A DNA stretch of 64,000 bases, taken from NCBI GenBank assembly GCA_965198945.1, contig CBDAQI010000004.1, positions 64,001 to 128,000 on the forward strand, given 5' to 3'. The notes under the pieces were generated by a model. That model worked only from the letters and a program-made list of their open reading frames with translations. It had not been told where the DNA came from and did not search any database. The position numbers were made by a program, and so were the translations under genes. Positions 63,643-64,000 of this stretch are shown here, one piece after another (position 1 is the stretch's first letter; each line of letters begins with the position of its first letter). The stretch is from Thermodesulfobacteriota bacterium. Lineage in GTDB: Bacteria; Desulfobacterota_D; UBA1144; Nemesobacterales; Mycalebacteriaceae.

Positions 63643-64000
63643 TATTCAACCATGACATTATTTCTATGCCACTCTAAAGATGAAGGATCTGGCAAAGTTT
63701 TTGAGTGGGTGGAGAGTCTAATCTGTTTGCTTTTATAGGCGGCAAGTGATGAATTTTCTTTTATCTCTACGATTCTTTCTGGAACCAAAATGCAATATTT
63801 CTTGTCTATACAAAACATTCCTCTGTCAAAAGCCCAGTGATGTTTGCGGCAGGCATAGGGCAAGCCCGTTTCTAATATCATCCGTGCCAGAGCATCTTTT
63901 CGGCACAATCGGCACAATATGAGCGGCTTCAGTTTCATGAAATCTGGCTAAATCAACCAACGAGTCATTACACATGCAACATTGGTGGTCATACAGATTC
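63639..64000 (-). pseudogene. C-terminal part of HNH restriction-type endonuclease, frameshifted; 5' end outside window
   Basis: YDHQCCMC...EAAHIVP...DDIRNGLALC / RKHHWAFDRG...LEWHR; 9-nt and 4-nt tandem duplications. Confidence 0.8.

Overview
Gene-dense bacterial chromosome segment, moderate GC, with many overlapping or abutting genes. Core genes include aspC-like, coaD, rsmD, gyrA, proB, guaBA, coaX, ggt, tsaD, thiC, carB, greA, msrB, lspA, ribE, aroK, a degP-like protease, mutL, efp, rluB, mqnC, ptsH, hisDC and lgt, plus five tRNAs. The futalosine pathway gene mqnC and the general style suggest a deltaproteobacteria-like lineage, possibly Ca. Dadabacteria (weak inference). There are four accessory patches. 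(i) 1-6.3 kb: nuclease/helicase/TA cluster with two ~105-bp REP/MITE-like repeats. (ii) 11.4-18.75 kb: decaying island with TA modules bracketed by a duplicated rsmD 5' end, a shattered DUF559-RecQ gene and a Fic pseudogene. (iii) 21.9-24.0 kb: HTH-fused methyltransferase plus an uncharacterised putative REase. (iv) 58.8-64 kb: two glycine-rich paralogues followed by an AT-rich Thoeris-like TIR / membrane protein / TIR(+hydrophobic insert) / TIR operon with no canonical ThsA, which is the best candidate for an undescribed system. A MoxR/RavA AAA gene joins its vWA partner by a -1 shift at an A9 run followed by a hairpin (possible programmed frameshift). Several essential genes are frameshifted at homopolymers, which indicates assembly indel errors and tempers all frameshift-based claims.
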